A stretch of DNA of 63,174 nucleotides from Negaprion brevirostris. Taxonomy: Eukaryota. Of the stretch, positions 51,225 through 63,174 are shown in pieces (positions within the stretch are counted from its first letter, which is position 1; each line of letters begins with the position of its first letter). The notes beneath the pieces were generated by a model, which worked only from the letters and a program-made list of their open reading frames with translations, did no database searches and had not been told where the DNA came from. The stretch covers positions 5,681,144 to 5,744,317 of the forward strand of contig JARDVH010000121.1 of NCBI GenBank assembly GCA_030324005.1, written 5' to 3'. The position numbers and the translations under genes are program-made.

Positions 51225-52555
51225 CCTTTCGGCCCACCATGTTGTGCCGAATATGATGCCAAATTAAACTTATCATTCTGCCTACCCTTGGTCCATATCC
51301 CCCTATTCCTTGAATATTCATGTGCTTACTTAAAAAGCCCTTAACCACCCCCCCTCTATCGTATCTGCCTCCACCACCACCCCTGGCAGCACGTTCCAAA
51401 CACCTACCACTTTCCATGTAAAAATATTTACCCCTCACATCGCACTTTTCCCTGAAGTGCACGCCCTCTGGTATTAGACATTTCAACTCTGGGACAAAGT
51501 TTCTGACTATCAACCCAATCTATGCCCCGCATAATTTTATANNNNNNNNNNNNNNNNNNNNNNNNNNNNNNNNNNNNNNNNNNNNNNNNNNNNNNNNNNN
51601 NNNNNNNNNNNNNNNNNNNNNNNNNNNNNNNNNNNNNNNNNNNNNNNNNNNNNNNNNNNNNNNNNNNNNNNNNNNNNNNNNNNNNNNNNNNNNNTTAGGT
51701 TGATTGGCCATGCTAAGAAATTGCCCCTTAGTATCCAGGGATGCGTAGGTTAGAGGGATTAGTGGGTATAAACGTGTAGGGATATGGCGGTAGGGCCTGG
51801 GTGGGATTGTGTTCAGTGCAGACTCGATGGGCCGAAGGGCCTCTTTCTGCACTGTAAGGTTCTATGATTTTATGATAGTCCTCTGTACATCAATGCTGTT
51901 CAGGGTCCTGCCATTAAGTGAATACTTACCCTTAACATTAGGTCCCCCCAAGTGCATCACTCACACTTATCCAGGCTAACTCCCATCTGCCATTTCTCTG
52001 CCCACATCTGCAACTGATCTGTATACCGCTGTATTATTTGACAATCTTCTTCACTTTCCACCACTCCAGTCATCTTTGTGTCATCCACAAACTTGCTAAC
52101 TCATCCAGCTACATTTTCATCCAAGTCAGTTGTATATATCACAAACAGCAGAGGTCCCAGTACGGATCACTGCAGAACACCACTAGTCACAGACACCTCC
52201 AGCCAGAAAAACACCCTTCCACCGCTCTGACTTCTGTGGGCAAGTCAATTCTGAATCCAAGCCGCCAACTTACTAGGAGGGAACTCATCGAAAGCCGACA
52301 TCCACTGCTCTACCCTCAATCAATCACCTTTGTCACCTCCTCAGAAAAAATTAACTAAGTTAGTGAGACGTGGCCTGCTCTGCACCGAGCCAAGCTGGCT
52401 TTTCCTAATTCAGCCATGCTTCGCCAAGTGTTCGTAAATCCTATCCCTAAGAATCCTCTCCAATAATATCCCAATCACTGATGTGAGATTCACCGGTCTA
52501 TAATTTCCTGGATTATCCCCTTATCCTTTCTTGAACAAAGGAACAACATTAGGTC
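51225..52555 (-). mobile_element. CR1 LINE fragment with a nested + strand V-SINE (~51695-51876) and a gap
   Basis: Minus-strand ORF2 remnants (GSVLGPLLF region at ~52140-52175) and a 3' end near 51225. Confidence 0.8.
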
Positions 52556-53089
52556 TGGTAACCCCACTAACAGCAGGTGAAGACTGTATTAGATAGAGTG
52601 AAGAATTGAAAGAGAGGCAGAGACAATTAAATGTAGCTGACACAAGGACATTGTCCTGTTAACCCTGTTTCTCTCTCCACAGGAGTTGCCCAACCCACTC
52701 GCTGAATGTTTCCAGCGGTTCCTCTTTTCATTTTCGATTTCCAACATTTGCACTATTTTACTTTGTTGCAGAATAAACAACAGGGAGAGGTAGGGGCAGG
52801 GAGGGAAAGGGGCTGGGAGGGGGGGAGGGGGAGGAAGATGGNNNNNNNNNNNNNNNNNNNNNNNNNNNNNNNNNNNNNNNNNNNNNNNNNNNNNNNNNNN
52901 NNNNNNNNNNNNNNNNNNNNNNNNNNNNNNNNNNNNNNNNNGGGGGCGGGGGAGGGAGATAGACAGGCAGACAGACAGACAGGTAGACAGGCAGACAGAT
53001 AGGAAGGCAGGCAGATACTTTGACAGATAGACAGACATAGATGGATGGATAGACAGACGGATGGATGGATAGATAGAGTTAAAGAGCAC

Positions 53090-53390
53090 ATTCTCTGGCT
53101 AGGAGGTCTAGAACGAGGGAATGCAGTCTCAGAGTAAGGAATGGGTCATTTATGACAGAGATGAGGAGGGATTTCTTCACTCAGAGCTGTGAATCTTTGG
53201 AATTGTCTAGTCAGAGGGTGGTGGAGACTCACTCAATGAGTGTGTTCAGGACAGAGAACGAGAGATTTCTAGATAAAGAATTCAAGGAGTGTTGGGGTTG
53301 GTGCAGGAGAATGGTGTGGAATGGGGAGAACAGCTGCGATGTCACAGAATAGTGCAGTGGGATTGAGGGCACTGAATGTTCCCTTTTCCT
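53090..53390 (+). mobile_element. CR1-clade LINE 3' fragment
   Basis: TEMRRDFFTQ. Confidence 0.75.
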
Positions 53391-54077
53391 GGATAAATTA
53401 CAGCTGGATAGACAGACCAACACAGAGAATGAAGCAGAGATACACAGCAGTTTGGTCCAGTCTAGTCTTCCTGCTTCATGTGAGCAAATGGATCGAATCA
53501 CATTCCCTGCATCCCATGTTCCTTCGTGCCCCAAACCAATCTGATGCTGATAGTTGCTGCCCTCAACGTTAACACCCAATGTGTGTCCCATAGCCTCACC
53601 ATAACATGAACTAGCATCTCCCCCCACTCCCCCCAACTGAAATCTCTCAACCTTACTATTGTCTGTCTCTCTCTGACAACTCGTTCGTCACAGTGCTTTA
53701 AGCATTGAAAGAGGCTCTTCGACCCATCCTATTGGCACCAGCCATTAAGCACTTATCTATTCTAATCCCAGTTTTGAGTACTTGGTCCACAGCCTTGTAT
53801 GCTACGGCACTTCAAGTGCTCATCTGAGTGCTTTGTGTTGTGAAGGTTCCTGCCTCTACCACTATAATAACTCCAGGAATCGGCTGCGAAGGCACTGTGC
53901 TTCTATTGCACAAATGGAAAAAAAAACAACCACCACCAAACCTGTGGTGAACACGACAGGTCCCTACTGGGACTAAACCGTTCATGGACCCTCTCGTGGT
54001 CTTGCTTTATACAGGGATCAGTATACGAGCTCCACCTGGTGGGCTAAGTACCATCTTCAGGGAGCTTGTACTCAAAC

Positions 54078-54355
54078 TTACTTCCCCAGGGAGTAGGGAA
54101 AATGTGGGACTCACTCCCACAGGGAATGGGGGAAATGTGGGACTGGCTCCCACAGGGGGTGGGGAGAATGTGAAATTTGGTCCCAAGGGGAGTGGGGAGA
54201 ATGTAAAATTCACTCCCATGAGGTAAGGGGAGAATGTGGGACTTGTTCCCACACAGGAAATGGAGAGAATGTGGGGATTCATTCCCAGACAGAATGGGGA
54301 GAATATGGGACTCTATTCCATAGGGAGAAGGAGAATGTGCAACTCACTGTCACAG
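54078..54355. repeat. ~30-bp minisatellite (ggggagaatgtgggactcactcccacagggaat)n
   Basis: About 9 tandem units. Confidence 0.85.
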
Positions 54356-54449
54356 TGAGATGGTGAGGTGAATAATATGGACACATTTACAGGAAGCTGA
54401 ATAAACACATGAGGGGGAAAGGAATCAAAGGATGTGGTGATTGTGTGAG

Positions 54450-55190
54450 TGAGAAATATTGTTTCTTATGCACTATACAGACAAAGCATACCATTCATAG
54501 ATTGCATAGGGGAAAGGAGAGCGTGCAGAATATAATGTTGCTGTTAGTTGATAGGTCAGTTACAGTTGTTGATAGGACCATTCAGAAAGTCTGATGGCAG
54601 CAGGGAAGAAACTGTTCCTGAATCAATTGGTACATGTTCTCAAATGTTTGCATCTTTTTCCCGACAGAAGAAGGTGGAAGAGAAAATGTCTAGGATGTGT
54701 GAGGTGTTTGATTATGCTGGCTGCTTTGCCAAGGTAACGGGAAGTGTAGATGGAGCCAGTGGATTGGAGGCTGGTTTGAGTGATGGATTGGGATGCAATT
54801 CATGACCCTTTGTAGTTTCTTGTGGTCTTGGTCAGGAGCTATACCAAGCTGTGATACAACCAGAAAGAATGCTTTCCATGATGCACCTATAAGAATTGGT
54901 GAGAATCGTAACAGATATGCCAAATTTCCTTCATCTGAGAAATTTGAGGCAATGGTGGGCTTTCTTAACTATAGTGTTGGCATGGAGGGACCAGGATAGG
55001 TGATCTGGACATCTAGAAACTTGAAGCACTCGACCATTTCCACTTCATCACCGTTGATGTAGACAGGGGCATGTTCTCCACTACACTTCCTCAAGTCAAT
55101 GACTATCTCGTTCATTTTGTTAGTTAAAAGGGAGAGGTTCTTCTCATTGCACCAGTTCACCAGATTCTCTATCTCTTTCCTGTACTCTGT
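54450..55190 (-). mobile_element. Rex1/Babar-like LINE 3' fragment; matching 3' UTR tails on + at ~4865-5100 and ~61665-61857
   Basis: EYRKEIENLVNWCN..APVYINGDEVEMVECFKFL and QDHKKLQRV. Shared tail ctatgaa.ggtatg.tttgtctgtata; the + copies end in (aaatc)n. Confidence 0.75.
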
Positions 55191-55442
55191 AGAAGGACAA
55201 GGGCAGCAGATAGATGGGGACACCACCACCTGGAGGTCCCCCTTCAAGTCACTCACCATCCTGACTTGGAAATATATCAGCCCTTCATTCATTGTCACTG
55301 GGTCAAAATCCTAGAACTCCCGCCCTAACAGCATAGCTACATCACAGGGACTGCAGTGGCTCAAGAAGGCAGTCCAGCACCACCTTCTCAAGGGGCAATT
55401 AGGGATGGGTAATAGATGCTGGGCCTAGCCAGTGACACCCAC
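55190..55442 (+). mobile_element. LINE 3' end (CR1/L2-like, different family)
   Basis: caccatcctgacttggaaatatatc..caccaccttctcaaggggcaattagggatggg. Confidence 0.6.
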
Positions 55443-56329
55443 AAAACATAACTGAAGGAAAGAAAATGTGCGGTTTGATTTTTTTATATTTGACATCCCT
55501 TGTGACATAGATTTGTTTCCTTTTTCTCACAATTTTATCAACCTGAAGTTCCACTGCTGACATCTTGTTTCTCTCAATGTTTTCCCCCCAACACCCCTGT
55601 CCCACCCCCTACCCCAACACCATCGCCACCATCACTGAGTTACACTGTCGCTTGTCCCGAAACCATAAAATCCCACCCAAGGTCAATGGACCTTCCCATG
55701 CTGCACCCACTCCAATTCTCAGGGCAAGTGGGCCAGTAAAATTCCAGCTACAGAGTCATTAGAACACAGAAGATGACCATTCAGCCTCTTAAGTCCATAG
55801 GGTCTCTATGAAGCCATCCAGTCCATCCCTTTGTCCTTCCTACTCTTAGCTCTGTGGGTTTATCTATCTCAGGTGGCCATCCCATAACCGTCTCCGCTTC
55901 TACCACCCTTGTAGGCAGCTCGCACCAGGCCATTGCCACTCGTAAGAAAACAATAGTCTTTCCTTTCATCAGCTGCCGTGATATTACAGAGATTACAACA
56001 TGGGAGCCCAGCATTCGATATAATATGTTCAGTGTTTTATGGGTCACCTGACCTGGGAGTCAGAGGTCAGATACACATTTAAGTGTAAGCTATAACCAGG
56101 GTGCAGCCCTGCAATTGTGTCCATGTTCTGTCCATACTAAAAGTTTATTTACAATCATGATATTTGTCATCCCGCAATGTAAAAGAATGACATCCCAACG
56201 CCACTCCCCCCAGTCAAAAAGCTTAGCTGCAATGTCCTGTAGACAGTGGCAGGGCTAGAGGGTCCAACGGCCGACCAAAGGCAGGTTGCATGGATAATCC
56301 TGCCCCTTAAATCTCTGCCCCCATGGTTT

Positions 56330-57157
56330 GGGCAGCATGGTGGCACAGTAGTTAGCAGTGCTGCCTCACAGTGCCAGGGACCCGGGTTCAATTCCGGTTT
56401 CGGATGACTGTGTGGAGTTTGCATGTTCTCCCCATGTCTACNNNNNNNNNNNNNNNNNNNNNNNNNNNNNNNNNNNNNNNNNNNNNNNNNNNNNNNNNNN
56501 NNNNNNNNNNNNNNNNNNNNNNNNNNNNNNNNNNNNNNNNNAGAGGGATTAGCGGGTAAATGTGTAGGGATATGGGGATAGGGCCTGGGTGGGATTGTGT
56601 TCGGTGCAGGCTCGATGGGCCTGTTTCTGCACTGTAGGGTTCTATGTTGTATGCTCTGGTTTCCTCCCACCTTTCAAAAATGTGCGGGTTAAGGTGGATT
56701 TGCCATGTAAAATTGTCCCTTAGTGTCAGGGAGATTGGCAGGCTAAATACGTGGAGTCACTGGGGAAGGGCCTGGGTAGGATTGTTGTCAGTGCAGGCTC
56801 AATGGACCGAATAGCCTCTTTCCACACCATAGGAATGCTCGTAGAATCACCTACAGTGCAGAAGGAGGCCATTCAGCCCATCGAGTCTGCACCGACCACA
56901 ATCCTACCCAGGTCTTATTCCTATAACCCCACATATTTACCCTAGCTAGTCGCCCTGACACTTGGGCCAACTTAGCATGGCCGATCCACCTAACTCACAT
57001 ATCTTTGGAGTGTGGGAGGAAACCGGAGCACCCGGAGGAAACCCACACAGACACGGGGAGAATGTGCAGGCTTCAAACAGACAGTGACCTGAGGCTGGAA
57101 TTGAATCCGGGTCCCTGACGCTGTGAGGAGGAGCGTTAAGCACTGTGCCACCGTGCC
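56330..57157. mobile_element. Cluster of three V-SINEs: 56330-56650 (+), 56652-56836 (+, partial), 56843-57157 (-)
   Basis: Core and tail motifs in both orientations. Confidence 0.85.
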
Positions 57158-57299
57158 GGTGATAATTTTATGATTCTTTGTAACAATTACTAAAAGGAAC
57201 AGACTTTCCCTTTGCTTTTTCTAAATAATCCTGTACAATCTCTGTCAAATCTTTCCTCCATTTCCTTCACTCCAAGAGGAACAACTGTAGTTCCTCCAA

Positions 57300-58100
57300 G
57301 TTGGAGAATTGTGTGCAGTTTTGGTCTCGTTATCAAAGAAAAAACAGACTTACCACAGACGGAGTGCAGCAAAGGTTCGCCAGATTGATTGCTGGTGTAG
57401 CAGGACTGATGTATGAGGAGAGATTGGGTCAACTGGGTTTGTATTCACTAGAACTGAAAAGAGTGAGTCGGATCTAATTGAGACGTATAAAATTCTGACA
57501 GGTCTGGATGCACGGATATTGTTTCCTTTACCTTGCGGGTCCAGAACAAGGGGTCACAGCCTCACGATACAGAGAAGGCCATTTGTCATACATACTTACA
57601 ATCCCAGAGTGCAGAAGGAGACCATTCAGCCCATCGAGTCTGCGTCAACAACAATCCTGCCCCATCCCCTTAACTCCACGTATTTTCCCTGCTAGCCCCG
57701 CTGGCACTAAGGGGCAATTTAGCATGGCCTATCAACCTAACCTACACGTCCATGGAGTGTGAGAGGAAATCGGATCACCCGGTGGGAACCCATGCAGACA
57801 TGGGGAGAACGTGCAGACAGTGATCCGAGGCTGGGATGGAACACAGGTCTCTGGCACTGGTGAGGCAATAGTGCTAACCAGAGGGTGATGAACATATAGA
57901 GTTCTCTACCACAGAATGCTGTGCAGACCAAGTCACAGACTGTATTTGAGAAGGAAATAGATAGATTTCTAGACTCTAAATGTGTCAAGGGGTATGGGGA
58001 GAACGCAGGAGTATGGGGTTGAATAAAGGATGAACCTTTGAATGGTAGAGCATGCTCAAAGGGCCGAATGACCTATTCCTACTCCTATTTTCTATGTTTT
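57300..58100 (+). mobile_element. CR1-clade LINE 3' fragment interrupted by a minus-strand V-SINE (57597-57881)
   Basis: tatgaggagagattgg..acaaggggtcacag and tail ctattcctactcctattttctatg. Confidence 0.82.
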
Positions 58101-58488
58101 CAAACCTTGTAGCTAAAATGCCGTGTGTTGGCAACAATTTGGATGAATCTGCTCCGCACCCTGACATCCATCCAAAAGTGTGGTTACTGTAATTGAATGA
58201 AATGCAATTTGCTACTTTGTGTTTGACAATCTAACATTTGTTCGATTCTTCAGGGAGCGAGGGATTTGTCTGAGATTGACACAGGGCCATGGGGAGAGAG
58301 TGGAGCATTGCAATGAATGTTGAATTGTTGGACCACCAGAGCCGTCAGGCAACTAGCCGAGTGGCTTGTGCATTNNNNNNNNNNGCATTGTTCTAGACAT
58401 CTGCGTTGAATCCATACTCGAAGAGGTTGGAAGCGCAGCGTGGAAACCTCTCCTAACTGCCCTCCCTTTCCTGTTAATGTCTCCTCAG

Positions 58489-58687
58489 GCTTCGCATTCC
58501 CGGACTGGGCCTACAAGCCGGAATCGAGTCCCGGATCCCGGCAGATCCAGCTCTGGCACTTTATCCTGGAGCTGCTCCAGAAGGAGGAATATCAGAACGT
58601 TATTGCCTGGCAGGGAGATTACGGGGAGTTTGTCATCAAGGACCCAGATGAAGTGGCCAAGCTCTGGGGCGTCCGCAAGTGCAAACC
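58489..58687 (+). CDS. ERFL: ERFL second coding exon, N-terminal part of the ETS domain ([66 protein letters not shown]); 3' end lost in N gap
   Basis: ERF/ETV3/ERFL-family ETS sequence. Branch-point-like cctaac at 58452-58457, pyrimidine tract, and acceptor cag ending at 58488. Confidence 0.95.
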
Positions 58688-59388
58688 NNNNNNNNNNNNN
58701 NNNNNNNNNNNNNNNNNNNNNNNNNNNNNNNNNNNNNNNNNNNNNNNNNNNNNNNNNNNNNNNNNNNNNNNNNNNNNNNNNNNNNNNNNNNNNNNNNNNN
58801 NNNNNNNNNNNNNNNNNNNNNNNNNNNNNNNNNNNNNNNNNNNNNNNNNNNNNNNNNNNNNNNNNNNNNNNNNNNNNNNNNNNNNNNNNNNNNNNNNNNN
58901 NNNNNNNNNNNNNNNNNNNNNNNNNNNNNNNNNNNNNNNNNNNNNNNNNNNNNNNNNNNNNNNNNNNNNNNNNNNNNNNNNNNNNNNNNNNNNNNNNNNN
59001 NNNNNNNNNNNNCTCCTGCCTATCAAGGGGACCTTCAGACAGACAGTCTGACGGACGGTGACCCCTCTCCAAGACCCCAGTGCCTGTTGGAGGTTCACTG
59101 CACAGGGAGTGAAGTCACTCTGTGGTGTCACTGCCGGTTGTCTCTGCATCACTCGAATGAAGTCACTCCCGGATTCCTCATGTCACCCTGGAGGGGGCGG
59201 TTTCTATGTCATTCTAAGTGTCCCCGTGACCACCCTGGGGGGATTTCCTGTGCCTGTCTGGACTCTGTATGTCTGTCTGAGAGTCTGTAGCGGGAGGTCG
59301 GGCTGTGACTGGAAGGTGGGTGTCTCTGTGTCTCTCTCAATCTCTCCGTATCTCACGCTGACTCTGTCCCTTGCTGATCTTTTTCCAG

Positions 59389-59572
59389 GTATTACTACAA
59401 CAAGCGGATCCTCCACAAGACCAAGGGCAAGCGCTTCACCTACAAGTTTAACTTCAGTAAAGTCATCTTGGTGAATTACCCTCTGCTGGATATGAGCCAC
59501 TCACAGTTACTGCTAACCTCCAATCCATTCAATAACAACCAGGGCCAAGACTGCTCACCAGTTACCACCGAG
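59389..59572 (+). CDS. ERFL: ERFL third coding exon, C-terminal ETS domain ([61 protein letters not shown])
   Basis: Acceptor ttttccag|G at 59388/59389 (phase 2). The exon is 1 nt plus 61 codons and ends at donor GAG|gtacat. [14 protein letters not shown] is ERFL-like. Confidence 0.92.
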
Positions 59573-59739
59573 GTACATCAGAAACCAGACAACCCCACAG
59601 AAGCCAGGCCTCAATCAATCCAATCTCCTCTGCAAGCCACTGTCCGTGCTGCCTGACCCTGGGCCTCAGCCTTGCAGCCTCCCTTCGCAAAATATCCTTA
59701 ATGTTTTCAGATCACTGCATGACCTCATCCCGCCGTATC

Positions 59740-60885
59740 TTTGTAACCTCCTCCAGACTCTACAACTCTCACTATCACTGTAACCTCCTCCAGCCCCTAC
59801 AGCCCTCCCAATCTCTGTAACCTCCTCCAGCCCTACAGCCCTCCCAATCTCTGTAAACTCCTCCAGCCCTACAGCCCTCCCTATCTCTGTAAACTCCTCC
59901 AGCCCTACAGCCCTCCCTATCTCTGTAAACTCCTCCAGCCCCTACAACCCTTGCTATCATTGTAACCTGCTCCAATGCCCCACCTGTCTCCATCTCTGTA
60001 ACTTCCTCCAGTCCCTACAACACTCCCTATCCCTGTAACCTCCACCAATCCCTACAACCTTCCGTGTCTCTGTAACCCTCTCCAGTTCCTACAACCCTCC
60101 CTATCTCTGTAACCTCCTCGACTCCCTACAACCCTCCCTATCTCTGTAATCTCCAGTCCCTACAGCCCTCCCCATCTCTGTAACCCCCTCCAGTCCCTAC
60201 AACTGTCCCTATCTCTGTAACCTCCTCGAGTCCCTACAACCCTCCCTATCTCTGTAATCCTCTCCAATCCCTACAACCTTCCCTATCTCTGTAACCTCCT
60301 CGACTCCCTACAACCCTCCCTATCACTGTAACCTCCTTGACTCCCTATAACCCTCCCTATCTCTGTAATCTCCTTGACTCCCTATAACCCTCCCTATCTC
60401 TGTAACCTCCTTGACTCCCTATAATCCTCCCTATCTCTGTAATCTCCTCCACTCCCTACAACCCTCCCTATCTCTGTAACCCCCTCCAGTCCGTACAACC
60501 ATCTCTATCTCTGTAACCTCCTCGAGTCCCTACAACATTCCCTATCTCTGTAACCTCCTCGAGTCCCTACAACATTCCCTATCTCTGTAACCTCCTCCAG
60601 CTCTACACCATTCCGAGTTCTCTGTACCGCTCCAATTCTGGTCTCCATCACTCTGCCATTGCCAGCTGGGGCGTTAAGCTTCAGAATTTTATCCCTAAAG
60701 CTCTCTGTCTCTGGCCTCCTTTACCAGCCTCCAGGCAGCTTGACCCCTGGGCCAAGCTCCAGGTTATACGTCCAATTATTCCTCGGCCTGCTGTCAAATT
60801 TGGATAATAAATAGCTCGTGTGCAGAGATGTGACCTGAAGTATGACATTATCCTTCGTTAAGGTGCTTTATCAACGTTGGATATT
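59740..60885 (+). repeat. ~35-bp minisatellite (ccctatctctgtaacctcctccagccctacaaccct)n grading into an L2-type LINE 3' end
   Basis: The unit encodes PYLCNLLQPYN, resembling the L2 ORF2 C-terminus. Non-tandem LINE-like sequence follows at 60600-60885. Confidence 0.8.
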
Positions 60886-61317
60886 GTCACTGTAACTCGG
60901 AAAGATTCTGTATCTAACCCCGTGCTGTANNNNNNNNNNNNNNNNNNNNNNNNNNNNNNNNNNNNNNNNNNNNNNNNNNNNNNNNNNNNNNNNNNNNNNN
61001 NNNNNNNNNNNNNNNNNNNNNNNNNNNNNNNNNNNNNNNNNNNNNNNNNNNNNNNNNNNNNNNNNNNNNNNNNNNNNNNNNNNNNNNNNNNNNNNNNNNN
61101 NNNNNNNNNNNNNNNNNNNNNNNNNNNNNNNNNNNNNNNNNNNNNNNNNNNNNNNNNNNNNNNNNNNNNNNNNNNNNNNNNNNNNNNNNNNNNNNNNNNN
61201 NNNNNNNNNNNNNNNNNNNNNNNNNNNNNNNNNNNNNNNNNNNNNNNNNNNNNNNNNNNNNNNNNNNNNNNNNNNNNNNNNNNNNNNNNNNNNNNNNNNN
61301 NNNNNNNNNNNNNNAGA

Positions 61318-61565
61318 AGTGAGAAACTAAGAAGAGGTGATTGAGGAGCAGGAGTAGGCCACTCGGCCCCTCAAACATGCTCTGCCGTTCAATAAGATCA
61401 TGGCTGGTCTGCCTGTGGCCTCCATCCCTGCCTGTTCCCCCCGAACACTCAAATCTCTCGGCAATTAAAAGTCTCTCCAAATTCAGTTTTGAATATATTC
61501 AGTAATCCAAGTCCTCTCTGCGGAACTTCAAACACTATAAAGACTGTCTGAGGGAAGCAATTCCA
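61318..61565 (-). mobile_element. CR1-clade LINE 3' end; another minus fragment at ~62090-62225
   Basis: ggagcaggagtaggccactcggcccctc tail motif; VQRDLDALVHKSQKV. Confidence 0.7.
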
Positions 61566-62239
61566 ATGGTGTTGACCCAATCTGCCCCAGCCTGCCCCAA
61601 TGGAGAGATTGGTTCCTCTGGGTGAATTGGCCTTCCTGACCTGCTTCCAATCCAGGTTCATCATGCCGCTGTCAGACTTTTGAAAGGACCTACCTCACAT
61701 TAAATTGATCTTTCTCTACACCCTAGCTATGATTGTACATTCGGCACTCTCTCATTTCCTTCCCTATGAACAGTATGCTTTGTCTGTATAGTGCAAGGAG
61801 CAATACTTTTCACTGTACACTAATACATGTGACAATAAGACATCAAATCAAATCAAACCTGAAGTAAGGTATTCATTCTCAAATGCACTGCTCCATCTAC
61901 AATCTCAACAATGCCTTGAACATGGGCATGGATTCTCCAATGTGACTCGTTCCCATCTCTGTTGACAGCAGGAATGAGGAATTTGGTACTCAGCCACGTC
62001 TCCATTCACCGCAGTGGGACTGGAGAATCCCAGCCTCGGGAGAATCCCAGCATAAGACTTTACCACCCTCATGCTCCACCCCCCCTTGTAATAAAGGCTA
62101 ATTTTTCACTTGCCTTTCTAATGACTTGCAGGCTTAACCTTTTGTGATTTATGCACTAGGGCATCCAGATCCCTCTGTACCACCACGTTCTGCTGTCTCT
62201 CACCATTTAAATAGTCTCCTGGAGCTAGCTGGCTGAGAG

Positions 62240-62630
62240 AGGTAGGGAAGGTGAGAGTGTGAGAATGCAAGGGAGGGTGGGTGACAGAGAGAAAGTGTGA
62301 GAAAGAGAGGAGAGGGATGCCACATTTGGGAGAAGGGGAAGAGGGTGTGGGGGAGAGAGAGAGGTGGGGAGAAAGAGACACAGGGAAAAAGAGACAAACG
62401 GAGAAAGAGACAGAAGGAGAAAGAGACAGGAAGAGAGGGAAGAATGAGAGAGAAAGGGAGAGACTAAAGATAAGCAGACACCATGGGTTGGAGAAGTAGA
62501 GGAAAGAGGGAGAGAGAGACATTGAGGAAAGAGGGGACTGTTCATGCAGTGTGAGGGTGGGAAAGGGAGGGACTGAGATGGAGAGAGGGGAGACAGGGAG
62601 AGAGAAAGAGAGAGAGAGAGAGAAACAGAC
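62240..62630 (+). repeat. GA-rich polypurine tract
   Basis: Base composition. Confidence 0.85.
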
Positions 62631-62719
62631 AGCATGCGTGGGCACGTGTGTGTGTGGTATGTCCATTGAGCCAGGATTCAGACTACGTTGACGTTTATTG
62701 ATGGGAACAGAATGACATA

Positions 62720-63174
62720 GGGGCCAGTGTGGATATGGGGGATACAGGGTTACAGGATGGGAATCAGGGGTCAGGAGGATAAAGGTGTCAAGGTAGGAAT
62801 AGGAAGATAGAGGGGTCAGGCTGGGGATGGGGATACAAGAATCAGGATGGAAATAAAGGATATAGGAGTCAGGGGTCATGATGAGGATGGGGACACAGGG
62901 GTCAGGGGTTAGAGGTCAGGGTGGATGTGGGAATGGAGGGGTCAAGTGTCAGTGTGGGAATAAGACAATACAGGGGTCAGGGTGGAAATGGGGGATATAG
63001 GGATTAGGGGTCATGGTGAGGATGGGGAACAGGGGTTAGGGTAGGGACATAGATGCAGGGGTCAGGGTGTGAATGGGAAATATAGGATCAGGGTCAGGGT
63101 AGGAAAAGCAGATACAGAGGTCAGGGTGGGAATGGGATACAGAGGTCAGGGGTCCGGGTGGGAATGGGATACAG
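62720..63174 (+). repeat. G-rich minisatellite (ggggtcagggtgggaatgggatacag)n
   Basis: Tandem GGG runs continuing to the window end. Confidence 0.85.

Noticed and set aside
53870-54075. Possible solo LTR fragment
   Set aside because: No clear TG..CA ends or TSD could be identified by eye.
58440-58488. ORF-track N-terminus [16 protein letters not shown] for the ETS protein
   Set aside because: It starts at a GTG and covers the branch point and pyrimidine tract, so it is intronic. The real N-terminus is at 21903.

Overview
This is vertebrate genomic DNA, very probably from a shark or other elasmobranch (inferred from HE1-like V-SINEs and HER1/CR1-type LINE tails), in a gappy draft assembly. 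One host gene is visible on the + strand: ERFL (ETS repressor factor-like). Its coding exons are 21903-21966 (missed by the ORF track), 58489 to a gap at 58688, and 59389-59572, and a CpG-retaining putative promoter lies at about 20130-21880. The 36.5 kb first coding intron holds a ~21.6 kb quasi-palindromic 12-mer satellite with higher-order structure and an antisense class I endogenous retrovirus remnant (RNase H, integrase, gamma-type env). Upstream is a decayed Gmr1-type Gypsy element with PR-INT-RT-RH order, a SCAN-like gag and several nested insertions. The most unusual signal is a small non-coding repeat family in three copies. Two copies have ~10-bp target duplications and fold-back arms, and two carry a minimal type I hammerhead ribozyme core, which suggests a Penelope-derived or retrozyme-like element. 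Most ORF-track entries are repeat or N-gap artefacts. All family assignments are from motif recognition by eye; no searches were run.
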